Part shown: positions 47,665 through 58,566 of the stretch, piece after piece | Layout of the letters: every line of letters starts with the position of its first letter | Position numbering within the stretch: the first letter of the stretch is position 1 | Assembly: GCA_021810635.1 (NCBI GenBank) | Contig: JAJZIH010000010.1 | Location: 5,098 to 69,097 of the forward strand | DNA: 64,000 bases | Reading direction: 5' to 3' | DNA from: Pseudomonadota bacterium | Lineage (GTDB): Bacteria; Pseudomonadota; Gammaproteobacteria; JAKAQQ01 | Translations under genes and position numbers: made by a program | Notes under the pieces: model-generated | What the model was told of the DNA's origin: nothing | The model's database searches: none | What the model saw: only the letters and a program-made list of their open reading frames with translations

Positions 47665-50215
47665 CGTCAACGAAATCACCTCGATTACGCTCGAAGACGA
47701 GCTCAAGCGTTCCTATCTCGACTACGCCATGAGCGTGATCGTCGGACGGGCCCTGCCGGACATCCGGGACGGCCTGAAGCCGGTCCACCGCCGGGTTCTC
47801 TACGCCATGCAGGTTCTGGGCAACGACTGGAACAAGCCGTACAAGAAATCCGCCCGGGTGGTGGGGGATGTGATCGGCAAATACCACCCCCATGGGGATG
47901 CGGCCGTTTACGATACGATCGTTCGCATGGCCCAGCCCTTCGCGATGCGCTACGTGCTGGTGGACGGGCAGGGCAACTTCGGCTCGATCGATGGCGATGC
48001 GCCGGCGGCCATGCGTTATACCGAGATCCGCCTAGCCAAGCTGGCCCACGCGCTTCTCGCCGACCTTGAAAAAGCCACGGTCGATTTCCTGCCCAACTAC
48101 GACGGGGCCGAGACCGAACCGACCGTCCTGCCCACCCGACTTCCCAACCTGCTGGTGAACGGCAGCAGCGGCATTGCGGTGGGGATGGCGACCACGATCC
48201 CGCCGCACAACCTCCGGGAAACCATCGACGCCGTTCTGGCCCTTCTGGGGCAACCGGATCTGGGCCTCGAGGAACTCCGGCGATACCTTCCGGGACCGGA
48301 TTTTCCGACCGGCGGGGTGATCCTCGGCGATGAGGGGATCCGGCAGGCGTACGCCACCGGGCGCGGGCGCCTCAAGGTCCGCGGGCGGACGAGACTCGAG
48401 TCCCGGCCCGGAAACCGGGAAGCCCTCATCGTTTACGAGTTGCCGTACCAGGTCAACAAGGCGTCCTTCATCGAACAGATCGCGACCCTGGTCCGGGAGC
48501 GGAAAATCGAGGGGATCAGCGAGCTCCGCGACGAATCGGACCGCGACGGCATGCGCGTGGTGATCGAGCTCAAGCGGGGCGAGAATCCCGACGTCATCCT
48601 CAACAACCTGTACCAGCACACGGCGCTCCAGGGTTCCTTCGTGGTCAACATGGTGGCCCTGAAAGACGGGCAGCCGCGTCTTTTCGATCTGCGCTCGATG
48701 CTCCAGGCCTTTTTGGAGCACCGCCGCGAGGTCGTGACCCGCAGGACTCTGTTCGATCTCGAGAAGGCGAGGGAACGCGCCCACCTCCTGGAAGGCCTGG
48801 CGCTCGCGGTTTCCAACATCGACGAGATGATCCAGGTGATCAAGCGGGCCGGACAGCCGAGCGAGGCGCGGGAGGCTTTGATCCGCCGGCCCTGGTCCGG
48901 AGTCTTCCTGGTCGAGCTTTTGGCCCGGGCGGGCGTGGAACGGACGGGGCCCGCGGATCTCTTGGAGCGGTATCAACTGACGGAAAACCAGGCCCAGGCC
49001 ATTTTGGAGCTTCGCCTGCAGCGGCTCACGGGCCTCGAACGGGACAAGATCACAGCTGAGTACTTGGACCTCTTGAACCGGATCCGCGATTACGAGGACA
49101 TTGTGGGCCGGGAAGCCCGTCTGGTCGAGGAGATCCAGCGCGAGCTCGTCGAGATCCGGGACGAGTTCGGCGACGCGCGGCGGACGGAGATCGCTCCGGG
49201 CAGCGAGATCCTGAGGACCGAGGACCTGATCGCCCAGGAGGACGTGGTGGTCACGCTGTCCCATGAAGGCTATATCAAGTACCAGACGCTCGACACCTAC
49301 CGCCTGCAGCGGCGGGGAGGGCGCGGACGGACGGCGACCGCCGTCAAGGAATCCGATTTCATCGAGAAACTCTTTCTCACCCGGACCCACGACACACTGC
49401 TTTGTTTTTCGACCCGCGGTCGGGTCTACTGGACCCGGGTTTTCGAGCTGCCGGAGGGTGGGAGCACGGCCAAGGGCAAGCCCCTCGTCAACCTTCTCCA
49501 GCTGGGCGAAGGCGAACGCATCACCGCGATTCTCGACGTGGACCGCTTCGACCGGGAACAATTCGTTTTCATGGCCACCCGGTGTGGGGTTGTCAAGAAG
49601 GTGGCCCTGGGCGACTTTTCGCGTCCCCGGTCCAGCGGCATCCTGGCGATCGACCTGCCCGAAGAGGACGTGCTGATCAGTGCGGAGCGCACCGACGGTT
49701 ATCGGGACCTCATGCTTTTTGCCTCGAACGGAAAGGCCATCCGGTTCCCGGAAACCGATGTGCGCACCATGGGACGTCAGGCGACGGGGGTGCGCGGGAT
49801 CCGGCTGGCCGCCGGTGCCCATGTCGTGGCCGTGGCCGTGATCGGGGAGGGGGTGGAGGACATCCTCACGGTCACGGCGCATGGGTTCGGGAAACGGACC
49901 GCACTCCAGGAATATCTCGCCCAGACGCGGGGGGGCAAAGGGGTGATCTCGATCCAGACCGGACCCCGTAACGGGGCGGTCATCGGCGCCGCCCCGGTCC
50001 GATCGGCGGACGAGGCCATGCTGGTGACCCAGAACGGGACGCTCGTGCGGATTGCGGTGGATTCGATTTCCCGCGTGGGCCGCAACACGCAGGGGGTTCG
50101 GCTCATCCGGCTCGACGACGGGGATACCGTCGTCAACCTGGAACGCATACCGGCGGAGCCGGCCGATGAGGACCGAAACCCCGCTCCGGTTCCCCCGGAC
50201 GAAACGGCGCCATGA
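47654..50215 (+). CDS. gyrA: DNA gyrase subunit A
   Basis: [23 protein letters not shown], GyrA box QRRGGRG. Confidence 0.98.
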   Translation: MTDNVNEITSITLEDELKRSYLDYAMSVIVGRALPDIRDGLKPVHRRVLYAMQVLGNDWNKPYKKSARVVGDVIGKYHPHGDAAVYDTIVRMAQPFAMRYVLVDGQGNFGSIDGDAPAAMRYTEIRLAKLAHALLADLEKATVDFLPNYDGAETEPTVLPTRLPNLLVNGSSGIAVGMATTIPPHNLRETIDAVLALLGQPDLGLEELRRYLPGPDFPTGGVILGDEGIRQAYATGRGRLKVRGRTRLESRPGNREALIVYELPYQVNKASFIEQIATLVRERKIEGISELRDESDRDGMRVVIELKRGENPDVILNNLYQHTALQGSFVVNMVALKDGQPRLFDLRSMLQAFLEHRREVVTRRTLFDLEKARERAHLLEGLALAVSNIDEMIQVIKRAGQPSEAREALIRRPWSGVFLVELLARAGVERTGPADLLERYQLTENQAQAILELRLQRLTGLERDKITAEYLDLLNRIRDYEDIVGREARLVEEIQRELVEIRDEFGDARRTEIAPGSEILRTEDLIAQEDVVVTLSHEGYIKYQTLDTYRLQRRGGRGRTATAVKESDFIEKLFLTRTHDTLLCFSTRGRVYWTRVFELPEGGSTAKGKPLVNLLQLGEGERITAILDVDRFDREQFVFMATRCGVVKKVALGDFSRPRSSGILAIDLPEEDVLISAERTDGYRDLMLFASNGKAIRFPETDVRTMGRQATGVRGIRLAAGAHVVAVAVIGEGVEDILTVTAHGFGKRTALQEYLAQTRGGKGVISIQTGPRNGAVIGAAPVRSADEAMLVTQNGTLVRIAVDSISRVGRNTQGVRLIRLDDGDTVVNLERIPAEPADEDRNPAPVPPDETAP

Positions 50216-51357
50216 ACCCCAAGGCCGTCCGGCCGGATCCGCTCCCGGGACGGGTGCCCGGACCCGGCGAACGGAGCTGGAACTTCGGGCCCGGTCCGGC
50301 CTATCTGCCGGATGAGGTGGTGCGCGAGGCACAGGAGGCGCTCTGGCGGTTTGGCGAAACCGGGATGGGGGTGGCCGAGATCAGCCATCGGGATCCCCTG
50401 TTTCTCGAACTCGTCGAAGGGCTCGAGGCCCGGGTTCGACGGCTGCTCGCGCTGCCGGCCTCACATGCGGTCCTCTTCATGGCGGGAGGCGCGAGACCCC
50501 ATTTCAGCCTGGTTCCCTTGAACCTCTCCAAGCCGCGGCGGGGGCGGACCGCCTACGCCCTCACGGGTTACTGGTCGCGTCTCGCGCGGAGTGATGCGGC
50601 GGTTCTGGTGCAGACGGAGGTGGCGGCCGAAATCCTGGAAGGGGATCCGGTGGCCATCCCGGACCCGGCCCGCTGGAACCTCCGGGAACCCGTGGACTAT
50701 CTCTATTACACCGACAATGAGAGCATCGACGGCGTGGAGTTTGGAAGTCCGCCGGTCGTTGGAGGGCTCCCGCTCGTCGCGGACATGACGGCCAACCTGT
50801 TTTCCCGGCCGATCCCCGATCCCGATGTCTTCGATCTGATTTTTGCGGGTGCCCAGAAAAACCTGGGAATTACCGGGCTGGCGATCGTGATGGTCAGAAA
50901 GGAAGCGCTCGCGGGGTCTCTCGAGGGCTGGCCCCGTTACCTCCAGTACCGGGACTGGATCGCCTGCCGATCGATGGTCAACACCCCCCCAACCTTCAAC
51001 CTCTACATGGCTGACCTCATGGCCCGGTGGATGGAAAAGGAGGGTGGACTCGCGGTTCTGGCCGCCCGTAACCGGAAAAAGGCGGATCTCCTGTATGCGG
51101 CGATTGACCAGAGCGGCGGGTTCTACCGGAACCGGGTTGCACCCGCCTGCCGCTCGCGGATGAATGTGCCTTTTCGGCTGGCGGACGAGCGCCGGACGCC
51201 GCAGTTCCTCGAAGCGGCGCGTGGTGCCGGCCTGGTTCAGATTGCCGGGCACCACTCGGTCGGCGGCTGCCGGGCCAGCATCTACAATGCCATGCCGGAA
51301 GCCGGCGTCCGGCAACTGTGTGAGTTCATGCGCGAATACCAGCGGACGGCCGGGTAG
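50212..51357 (+). CDS. serC: Phosphoserine aminotransferase
   Basis: [40 protein letters not shown]. Confidence 0.95.
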   Translation: MNPKAVRPDPLPGRVPGPGERSWNFGPGPAYLPDEVVREAQEALWRFGETGMGVAEISHRDPLFLELVEGLEARVRRLLALPASHAVLFMAGGARPHFSLVPLNLSKPRRGRTAYALTGYWSRLARSDAAVLVQTEVAAEILEGDPVAIPDPARWNLREPVDYLYYTDNESIDGVEFGSPPVVGGLPLVADMTANLFSRPIPDPDVFDLIFAGAQKNLGITGLAIVMVRKEALAGSLEGWPRYLQYRDWIACRSMVNTPPTFNLYMADLMARWMEKEGGLAVLAARNRKKADLLYAAIDQSGGFYRNRVAPACRSRMNVPFRLADERRTPQFLEAARGAGLVQIAGHHSVGGCRASIYNAMPEAGVRQLCEFMREYQRTAG

Positions 51358-51370
51358 GGGCCGGATCCGG

Positions 51371-52462
51371 ATGGCCATGCCCCATAACCCCTACATCGAA
51401 ACCATCCGTCCCTACGAGCCCGGCAAGCCGGTCGAGGAGGTCGAGCGCGAGTACGGGCTGCACTCCGTCGTGAAACTGGCCTCGAATGAAAATCCGCTGG
51501 GACCGAGTCCCTATGCCGTGCGGGCCGCCGAAAAGGCCCTCTCGCGGGCGGCTCTCTACCCGGACAGCGGGTCTTACACGCTGACGCGGAAACTGGCGGA
51601 AAAACATGGATTGCCGCCCGACTGTTTGGTCATCGGGACCGGATCCGACCACCTGTTCATGCTGCTCGCCCTGGTCCTGCTCAATCCGCAAACCAACGCG
51701 GTGATTTCCGAGTTCACCTTTCCCACCTACGCCATTGCGGTCCATTCCGTGGGGGCCGAACTCAGGGTCGCCCGCTCCGGAGCGGGGCTCGGCCAGGAGG
51801 TGGATCACCTCTTGGCCGCCATCGACTCGGCCACGCGGGTGATTTTCATCGACAATCCCAACAATCCGATCGGAAGCTATCTTTCCCGATCCGCAATCGT
51901 CCGCCTGATGGACGCGGTCCCCCGCGAGACGCTGGTCGTCCTCGATGAGGCGTACTATGAGTTTGTCGATGCCCCCGATTACATCTCGGGGCTCGAATAC
52001 CTCGCCCGTTATCCCAATTTGATGGTCACGAGAACCTTCTCCAAGGCCTATGGCCTGGCAGGGTTCCGGATCGGATATGGACTGGCGGATCCGGCCTTGG
52101 TCCGGCTGCTCCAGCGCGTCAGGCTGCCCTTCAGCATCAGCCATCTGGCCCTGGCTGCGGCGGAGGCCGCCCTCGCGGATACGGAACACTTGGTCAGGAC
52201 TCGCCAGCTCGTTTTGTCGGAAAGACCCCGCCTGGCCGCCCTCCTTGAGAAACGCCTGGTCAGGATCCTGCCCTCGCAAGGCAATTTCGTGACGGCCGAA
52301 ACGCCGGTTCCAGCCCGGCAACTATTTGAAGCGCTGCTCAAGGTCGGCATCATCATCCGCCCCCTGGCCGGCATGGGCCTGCCGGACCATGTCCGGGTCA
52401 GTGTGGGCCTGCCCACCCAAAATCAAGCCTTGGGGAAGGCCCTGGAGGCTGTTTTGGGGTGA
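51371..52462 (+). CDS. hisC: Histidinol-phosphate / aromatic aminotransferase
   Basis: YEPGKP, KLASNENPLG, NPNNP, LDEAY, RTFSKAYGLAGFRIG. Confidence 0.92.
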   Translation: MAMPHNPYIETIRPYEPGKPVEEVEREYGLHSVVKLASNENPLGPSPYAVRAAEKALSRAALYPDSGSYTLTRKLAEKHGLPPDCLVIGTGSDHLFMLLALVLLNPQTNAVISEFTFPTYAIAVHSVGAELRVARSGAGLGQEVDHLLAAIDSATRVIFIDNPNNPIGSYLSRSAIVRLMDAVPRETLVVLDEAYYEFVDAPDYISGLEYLARYPNLMVTRTFSKAYGLAGFRIGYGLADPALVRLLQRVRLPFSISHLALAAAEAALADTEHLVRTRQLVLSERPRLAALLEKRLVRILPSQGNFVTAETPVPARQLFEALLKVGIIIRPLAGMGLPDHVRVSVGLPTQNQALGKALEAVLG

Positions 52463-53133
52463 TCCAGGAATCACTGCCACCGGTCATCACCATCGATGGA
52501 CCGGGAGGGGCGGGAAAGGGAACCGTGTCTTCGCGCCTGGCGGAACGGCTGTCCTGGAACTGGCTGGAAAGTGGCCGTCTCTACCGTTGGCTCGGCTGGC
52601 GTGCGGCTCGGGAACATCTGGACGCGGGTGACGAGGAGGCCCTCTGCGGTCTCATCGCTGGCATCCAGCTGCGTTGCGCGGCGGGAAGCAGGCGGCTCGA
52701 AATCGTGGGATCCCCGGCTTTCGAGGTGCTCGCGGACGAGGCCGCCGCGGATTGGGCGTCGCGGCTTGCGGCCCTGCCGGCCGTGCGCTCGGCCCTTCTG
52801 CCGGTCCAGCACGCCTGCCGGCTGCCGCCCGGCCTTGTGGCCGATGGCCGCGATATGGGAACGGTGGTTTTCCCCGATGCCCGGCTCAAGGTGTTTCTCA
52901 CGGCCAGTGTGGAAGCGCGGGCCCTGAGGCGTCTTAAACAGTTGAATGCATTAGGGCTTTATGGTAGCCTTAACCACTTGACTCAGGAGATCGAAGAGCG
53001 GGATGAAAGGGATCGGCGTCGATCCGTATCACCCCTCAGGTCTGCGCCCGGTGCCTGGATTCTCGACAGTACCGGGCTCACTGCCGACGCGGTCGTGCAG
53101 CGGATCTGGGAGGCTTGGCAGGCCGGCTCATGA
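52459..53133 (+). CDS. cmk: Cytidylate kinase
   Basis: ITIDGPGGAGKGT, SGRLYR, DGRDMGTVVFP. Confidence 0.96.
   Translation: MIQESLPPVITIDGPGGAGKGTVSSRLAERLSWNWLESGRLYRWLGWRAAREHLDAGDEEALCGLIAGIQLRCAAGSRRLEIVGSPAFEVLADEAAADWASRLAALPAVRSALLPVQHACRLPPGLVADGRDMGTVVFPDARLKVFLTASVEARALRRLKQLNALGLYGSLNHLTQEIEERDERDRRRSVSPLRSAPGAWILDSTGLTADAVVQRIWEAWQAGS
52942..52970 (+). promoter_or_regulatory. Probable rpsA promoter internal to cmk
   Basis: TTGAAT-17 nt-TAGCCT with upstream TG in an AT-rich patch; cmk-internal rpsA promoters are known in E. coli. Confidence 0.6.
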
Positions 53134-53255
53134 GTCAGGGTTTTTCATCTGCAGGGGCAGCCAGGAGGCGCCCCGTTTGTCCATTCTCATGCCGGCCCGG
53201 TTGGGGACGGATGAGACTTCATCAGGTCAGAGTGCCAGTGGCACGGGTTTTTTGA

Positions 53256-54932
53256 ATGTCGGAATCGTTCGCTGATCTTCTCGAAGAAAGCCTGTCCAAG
53301 ACCCAACTCAATCCGGGCAGCATCATCAAGGCCAAGGTCATCTTCATCAACCCCGATGTGGTGATCGTCAATGCGGGACTCAAGTCCGAGGGGGTCATTC
53401 CGATCGACCAGTTCCGGGATGAATCGGGCGGGATTCCCATCCAGGTCGGGGACGAGGTGGAAGTGGCGATCGAAACCCTGGAAGACGGGATGGGGGAAAC
53501 CCACCTGTCCCGGGAGCGGGCCCGCCGGCTCAGGACCTGGAAGGAACTGGAGGACGCCTTTGAAAAGGAGTCCATCGTCACCGGAACCATCACCGGCAAA
53601 GTGAAAGGCGGGTTTACCGTCAACCTGAGAGAGATCCGTGCCTTCCTGCCGGGTTCGCTGGTCGACATCCGTCCCGTGCGCGATTCATCCTATCTCGAGG
53701 GACGGCCGCTCCAATTCAAGATCATCAAGCTGGACCAGAAACGGAACAACGTGGTGGTCTCCCGCCGGGCCGTGGTCGAGGCGGAAAACCAGGGTGAACG
53801 GGAATCCCTGCTTGAGAAGATCAAGGAAGGCGCCCTGCTCAAGGGGATTGTGAAGAATCTGACCGAGTACGGTGCCTTTGTCGACCTGGGTGGCATCGAC
53901 GGGCTTCTCCACATCACGGACATGGCCTGGCGCCGCGTCCGCAACCCGTCCGAAATCGTCACGGTCGGCCAGGAAATCGACGTCAAGGTTCTCCGGTTCG
54001 ACCGCGAACGCAATCGGGTGTCTTTGGGGATCAAACAGCTCGGGGAGGATCCCTGGACCGACATCGACCGCCGTCACCCGGTGGCGAGCCGGACTTTCGG
54101 GCGCGTGACCAATGTGACCGAATACGGCTGTTTTGTCGAAATCGAGCCCGGGGTTGAAGGCCTGGTGCATCTCTCGGAAATGGACTGGTCGTCTCGCAAT
54201 GTCAACCCGGCCAAAGTGGTTCACGTCGGAGACGAGAAGGAAGTGATGATTCTTGAGATCGATACCGAAAGACGGAGGATCTCGCTCGGAATCAAGCAAT
54301 GCACATCCAACCCGTGGGAAGATTTTGCCCAGAACCACAAGAAGGGAGAGCAGATCCAGGGCAAGGTCAAGTCCATTACCGACTTCGGCATTTTCGTCGG
54401 CCTGGAAGGAGGGATTGACGGCCTGGTCCACGTCTCCGATATCTCCTGGGACCTTCCTGGGGAAGAGGCCATCCGCAACTACAAGAAAGGGGACGAGGTG
54501 GACACGGTTCTTTTGGCGATCGATTCGGAACGGGAACGGATTTCACTGGGAATCAAGCAGTTGGCACGAGATCCCTTCACGGCTTTTCTGACGGCCCACC
54601 CGCGCGGAACCGCCGTGCGAGGGGTGGTCAAGGAGGTGGAGGAGAAGGGCGCCACGATTCAGCTGGAGGAGGGGATCGATGGCTACTTGGCCGCCGGTGA
54701 TCTCAATCGCGACCGGGTGAGTGATGCCCGGACGGTTCTCCACCCGGGAGAGGAAGTCGAAGCCCATGTCATGGCCTACGACCGGAAGTCACGGGTCGTG
54801 GCCCTGTCGGTCCGGGCGCTGGAACTCGAAGAGGAGGCCAAGGCGCTCGATACCTACACCCGCCGTTCCACCGGACCGATCCCCACGATCGGTGATCTGT
54901 TCAAGGAAAAAAACCAGGAAACCAATCCATAG
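53256..54932 (+). CDS. rpsA: 30S ribosomal protein S1
   Basis: [12 protein letters not shown] start; six S1 domains ([18 protein letters not shown] etc.). Confidence 0.98.
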   Translation: MSESFADLLEESLSKTQLNPGSIIKAKVIFINPDVVIVNAGLKSEGVIPIDQFRDESGGIPIQVGDEVEVAIETLEDGMGETHLSRERARRLRTWKELEDAFEKESIVTGTITGKVKGGFTVNLREIRAFLPGSLVDIRPVRDSSYLEGRPLQFKIIKLDQKRNNVVVSRRAVVEAENQGERESLLEKIKEGALLKGIVKNLTEYGAFVDLGGIDGLLHITDMAWRRVRNPSEIVTVGQEIDVKVLRFDRERNRVSLGIKQLGEDPWTDIDRRHPVASRTFGRVTNVTEYGCFVEIEPGVEGLVHLSEMDWSSRNVNPAKVVHVGDEKEVMILEIDTERRRISLGIKQCTSNPWEDFAQNHKKGEQIQGKVKSITDFGIFVGLEGGIDGLVHVSDISWDLPGEEAIRNYKKGDEVDTVLLAIDSERERISLGIKQLARDPFTAFLTAHPRGTAVRGVVKEVEEKGATIQLEEGIDGYLAAGDLNRDRVSDARTVLHPGEEVEAHVMAYDRKSRVVALSVRALELEEEAKALDTYTRRSTGPIPTIGDLFKEKNQETNP

Positions 54933-54981
54933 GGGGATGCATTCTTGATCCGAGCGAGTACCGGGCGAGAAAGGGGAGGGC

Positions 54982-55290
54982 ATGTTCGTGACGCGATCAC
55001 AACTCATTGAGTACATCAGCCAGCGCTATCGGCATCTTCCTCAACAGGACATCGAGCTGGCCGTCAAAACCCTGCTGGAACACCTGGGGACGGCCTTGGC
55101 GCAGGGCCGGCGGATCGAGATCCGGGGGTTCGGCAGTTTTTCCCTGCACTATCACAAACCGCGCATGGGGCGTAATCCAAAAACCGGGGAACCGGTTGCT
55201 CTGGCCGGCCGGTTTGTTCCGCATTTCAAACCAGGAAAGTCGCTGCGGACCGAGATCGAAAAATCCGCCGTGTCGATCCAGTCCCACTAA
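54982..55290 (+). CDS. ihfB: Integration host factor beta subunit
   Basis: [24 protein letters not shown]; follows rpsA. Confidence 0.96.
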   Translation: MFVTRSQLIEYISQRYRHLPQQDIELAVKTLLEHLGTALAQGRRIEIRGFGSFSLHYHKPRMGRNPKTGEPVALAGRFVPHFKPGKSLRTEIEKSAVSIQSH

Positions 55291-55374
55291 GAAGTCGCGG
55301 ATAGCACCTGCTGCGGAAGCAGCTTAAACTAGCAGGTGGACGATTTCTCGGCATTTGACGGCAGCGGGTCAGAC

Positions 55375-55701
55375 ATGAAAAGAGGATTGTTTTCGATCAC
55401 GGCCATCGGTGTGCTCGTCGTGCTTTTCATCATCGCACTCGAGAACCCGCAGCCGGTGGTTCTTCATCTCCTGGGATGGCGGTGGGTGACTCCGCTTTTC
55501 GTGCCTTTCCTCGTGGGGTTTGTATCCGGTGGGGTACTCATGTTCCTGTTTCTCTTGCCCGCCCGGATCCGGCTGTCCTGGAGACTCCGTCGCCTCCGGC
55601 GTGCAGAGCCCCTCCCCGGTGGCGGAATCCCGGGAAACCAACCGATCCCGAATCCCTTGGTGCGAACACCGGACCGGACACGGGAGACGCAGGGTTCATG
55701 A
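55375..55701 (+). CDS. lapA: LPS assembly protein A-like
   Basis: Two TM segments around the ENPQPV motif; between ihfB and lapB. Confidence 0.75.
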   Translation: MKRGLFSITAIGVLVVLFIIALENPQPVVLHLLGWRWVTPLFVPFLVGFVSGGVLMFLFLLPARIRLSWRLRRLRRAEPLPGGGIPGNQPIPNPLVRTPDRTRETQGS

Positions 55702-56933
55702 TCCGGTCGGTCGCCTGGTTCCTGCTCGGCCTCCTCCTGGCGGCTGCCGTTGGTGCCCACCTGAAGTGGCGGGTCCGGCGGCGGCGGGCCCGTTCCCCGA
55801 CCAGTCTGGGTTACTTCAAGGGACTCCAGTACCTGCTGGACGAACAACCGGATGAGGCGCTGACGGTCTTTTTGAAACTGGCTGACGAAAATCCGGAAAT
55901 CATTGAAATCCAGTTGGCCGTGGCCCGCCTGTTCCGGCGCAAAGGTGAGCTCGAGCGCTCGATCCGCATTCACCAGAATCTTGTGGCCCGGACCCAGCTC
56001 GACCGCAAGGACCGGCTGATGGCCCTTTACGAACTGGCCTGTGATTATCTTTCGGGCGGGCTATACGACCGGGCGGAGCGTCTGTTTAACGAACTGTTGG
56101 AGGACAAACCCTGGCGCCGTCCGGCATTGACCCAGCTGATCCAGATCCACGAGAATCAAAAGGACTGGGATGACGCGCTCCGGTTCGCCCACGCTCTTGA
56201 ACAGGCCAGTGGGATGAGCTACGGCCGTGCCATGGCCCATTACGAGTGCGAAATGGGGCAAATTGCGCTCGACACCCGTGATCTCAGGGAAGCACGTGAA
56301 CGGTTTGGCCGCGCACTGCACCGTGATCCCGGTTCGGTCCGGGCCTACTGGATGATGGGGCAGGTCCTTTGGCTGGAGGACCGGCCGGCCGAGGCCTATC
56401 CACTGTTCGAGCAGGCCTTCCTGTTGAAACCCCTGCTGGCTCCGGTGACCCTCCGGGAGTTGTGGCAGGCCACCTCCGGCATCCAGCCCAAGGGAGGATT
56501 CCAGAAGGTGCTGCGCAAGGCGGCGCTTGATGACCGGGCCCAGGACGCCGTGGCCCAGGCCCTGATCCTCGATTCTTCGAGTCCCGTGATCGACTACGTA
56601 TCCCAGCTGCAGGACTTCCTCGATCGGCATGCCGTCCTGAAGCCGTTCTGCCCGTCCGCCGGTAACGGAGAAGCCTGGGCCCTTCGGGTCCGCGAGTCAT
56701 TGGCCCCGATCTTCCGACTGACCTTGCGGTTTTACTGCGAGGAATGTGGGTACAGCCTGCAGGCCCATGTGTGGAAATGTCCCGGCTGCCACTGTTGGGA
56801 TTCCTTTTTGCCCCACGAGATTCTGGGGGAACAGCTGAGCGGTCTCGAAAAGAGCCCGCCCACGGCTCTCGTTAACTACCCGCGACTTCCTTTCCGGCCG
56901 GCCCGGCTGGCGAACCCCCGATCCTGGAAATGA
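55698..56933 (+). CDS. lapB: LPS assembly protein B
   Basis: YFKGLQYLL, LFRRKGE..IRIHQNL, TPRs, rubredoxin CEECG..CPGC. Confidence 0.93.
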   Translation: MIRSVAWFLLGLLLAAAVGAHLKWRVRRRRARSPTSLGYFKGLQYLLDEQPDEALTVFLKLADENPEIIEIQLAVARLFRRKGELERSIRIHQNLVARTQLDRKDRLMALYELACDYLSGGLYDRAERLFNELLEDKPWRRPALTQLIQIHENQKDWDDALRFAHALEQASGMSYGRAMAHYECEMGQIALDTRDLREARERFGRALHRDPGSVRAYWMMGQVLWLEDRPAEAYPLFEQAFLLKPLLAPVTLRELWQATSGIQPKGGFQKVLRKAALDDRAQDAVAQALILDSSSPVIDYVSQLQDFLDRHAVLKPFCPSAGNGEAWALRVRESLAPIFRLTLRFYCEECGYSLQAHVWKCPGCHCWDSFLPHEILGEQLSGLEKSPPTALVNYPRLPFRPARLANPRSWK

Positions 56934-56958
56934 TCCATCGAACGGAGAGAGACTGCTG

Positions 56959-57897
56959 ATGAAGCCCATCAAAAAGAAGGACCGGATCCGGACGGCTGTT
57001 TTTCCGGTTGCTGGCCTGGGGACCCGGTTTCTACCCGCGACCAAGGCCAGCCCGAAGGAAATGCTGCCGGTCGTCGACAAGCCCTTGATCCAGTATGCCG
57101 TGGAGGAAGCGCTCGAGGCCGGAGTGGAGACCCTGGTTTTCGTGACGAGCCGGAACAAACGGGCGATCGAGGATCATTTCGACCGCGTCCATGAGCTGGA
57201 GAGCGAGCTTCGGTTACGTGAGAAGCAGTCATTATTGAATAAAATCATTAATATAGTACCAGAACATGCGACAACGGTTTATCTTCGGCAGCCGGCCGCA
57301 CTGGGGCTCGGCCATGCCGTTCTTTGTGCCGCCTCCATCCTTGGGAACAGTCCCTTTTACGTGATCCTGGCCGATGATCTCATCCAGTACCCGAATCCAC
57401 AATCCGGCAACGTGCTCGAACAGCTGCATGCCGTCTATGAAGCGCATGCCGCGAGTGTCGTGGCCCTGGAACGGGTTCCCGTGGACCATGTCTCCCGCTA
57501 TGGGATCGTCAAGCCCGAGCCGGTCTCACCCCGGCTTTTCCGGATCGAATCGTTTGTCGAAAAACCCGAGATCGCCGAAGCCCCCTCCGATTTGGCCGTG
57601 ATCGGACGCTACCTCCTCACGCCAGAAATTCTCAACTGCCTTCGCGAAACCGAACAGGGTCGGGGAGGGGAGATCCAGCTGACCGACGCACTCAGCCGGC
57701 TCCTCACCCTTGAACCGGTTTATGGCTGCGCTTTCGAAGGGATCCGCTATGACTGTGGCGACAAGCTGGGTTACCTCCAGGCCTGCGTGGAATACGCCTT
57801 GCGCCATCCGGATCTCAGTGCCGATTTTGCGGACTATCTCATGAGTCGGGTCCGGAGACTCCAAGAGACGCAACGGAAATCAGGAAGTGGAGCCTGA
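56959..57897 (+). CDS. galU: UTP-glucose-1-phosphate uridylyltransferase
   Basis: PVAGLGTRFLPATKASPKEML, LGLGHAV, VEKP, GEIQLTDA. Confidence 0.97.
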   Translation: MKPIKKKDRIRTAVFPVAGLGTRFLPATKASPKEMLPVVDKPLIQYAVEEALEAGVETLVFVTSRNKRAIEDHFDRVHELESELRLREKQSLLNKIINIVPEHATTVYLRQPAALGLGHAVLCAASILGNSPFYVILADDLIQYPNPQSGNVLEQLHAVYEAHAASVVALERVPVDHVSRYGIVKPEPVSPRLFRIESFVEKPEIAEAPSDLAVIGRYLLTPEILNCLRETEQGRGGEIQLTDALSRLLTLEPVYGCAFEGIRYDCGDKLGYLQACVEYALRHPDLSADFADYLMSRVRRLQETQRKSGSGA

Positions 57898-57920
57898 GGG
57901 TCGCGGAAGGTCGAGATTTT

Positions 57921-57949
57921 TTGACGCGTCTACCTTCCCCTTGTAAAAT
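57921..57949 (+). promoter_or_regulatory. Sigma70 promoter of tRNA-Asn
   Basis: TTGACG-17 nt-TAAAAT followed by a GC-rich discriminator. Confidence 0.75.
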
Positions 57950-57961
57950 GCCCCACGTGGT

Positions 57962-58037
57962 TCCCCGGTAGCTCAGCTGGTAGAGCAGGTGACTGTTAAT
58001 CACCGGGTCGGCGGTTCGAGTCCGTCCCGGGGAGCCA
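57962..58037 (+). tRNA. tRNA-Asn(GTT)
   Basis: TCCCCGG..CCGGGGA-GCCA, anticodon arm GGTGA-CTGTTAA-TCACC, GGTTCGAGTCC. Confidence 0.97.
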
Positions 58038-58172
58038 ATTGGACCCGGTGGGATTCGGGTTGTATTTCGTGTGACAGCCTCCGCCGGTGAATGACGGGAC
58101 CGAAAAAGCCGGGGACCGGCCCGTGTCAAAGGCCGTGTAGGGGGTTGTAAGCCAAAACCGCCGAAAATTCCG

Positions 58173-58292
58173 TCAGCTCAAGTCCAGCCCGGCGACAATG
58201 GCATCCAGGTCGATCAACTTCCCATCGCTGTGAAAGGTGTAGTGCCCGTTCAGCAGGATATGCCGCCACGCCGTAGGTGAAATCTGCGTGAT
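58173..58292 (-). pseudogene. C-terminal 39 aa of a Tn3-family transposase
   Basis: ITQISPTAWRHILLNGHYTF..DLS*, with the stop inside the left IR. Confidence 0.85.
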
Positions 58293-58566
58293 CTGCGCCG
58301 ATACCTATGTCCGCGCTCGCATCGACACCAACACCAACACCAACACCAAGGTACGCGCTGCTGACGCGCTCGAAGCAATGGGACTATCCATCTCGGACGC
58401 TATCCGTTTACTGATGCTGCGCGTGGCAGAGGAGCGCCGTTTGCCATTCGACGTGAAGGTCCCCAACTCGACCACGCGCAAAGCCATTGCCGAGCTGGAA
58501 GCAGGCAAGGGCAAGAAGTTCGCCAACGTCGATGATCTGATGGCAGACCTGCATGCGGACGATTGA
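58288..58566 (+). CDS. dinJ: RelB/DinJ family antitoxin; native 5' end probably lost
   Basis: YVRARID..KVRAADALEAMGLSISDAIRLL..LPFDVKVPN. Confidence 0.85.
   Translation: MICADTYVRARIDTNTNTNTKVRAADALEAMGLSISDAIRLLMLRVAEERRLPFDVKVPNSTTRKAIAELEAGKGKKFANVDDLMADLHADD
58325..58348 (+). repeat. (ACACCA)4 in-frame tandem repeat in dinJ
   Basis: Four exact hexamer copies encoding DTNTNTNTK. Confidence 0.85.

Noticed and set aside
45064-47706. 880-aa ORF suggesting a large mtaD fusion
   Set aside because: The upstream half is the antisense of mtnA; amidohydrolase similarity starts at ATG 46413
48032-50332. 766-aa antisense ORF over gyrA, and similar long antisense ORFs over icd, the RND permease and the S9 peptidase
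   Set aside because: Expected shadow frames of GC-rich coding DNA; no recognisable motifs
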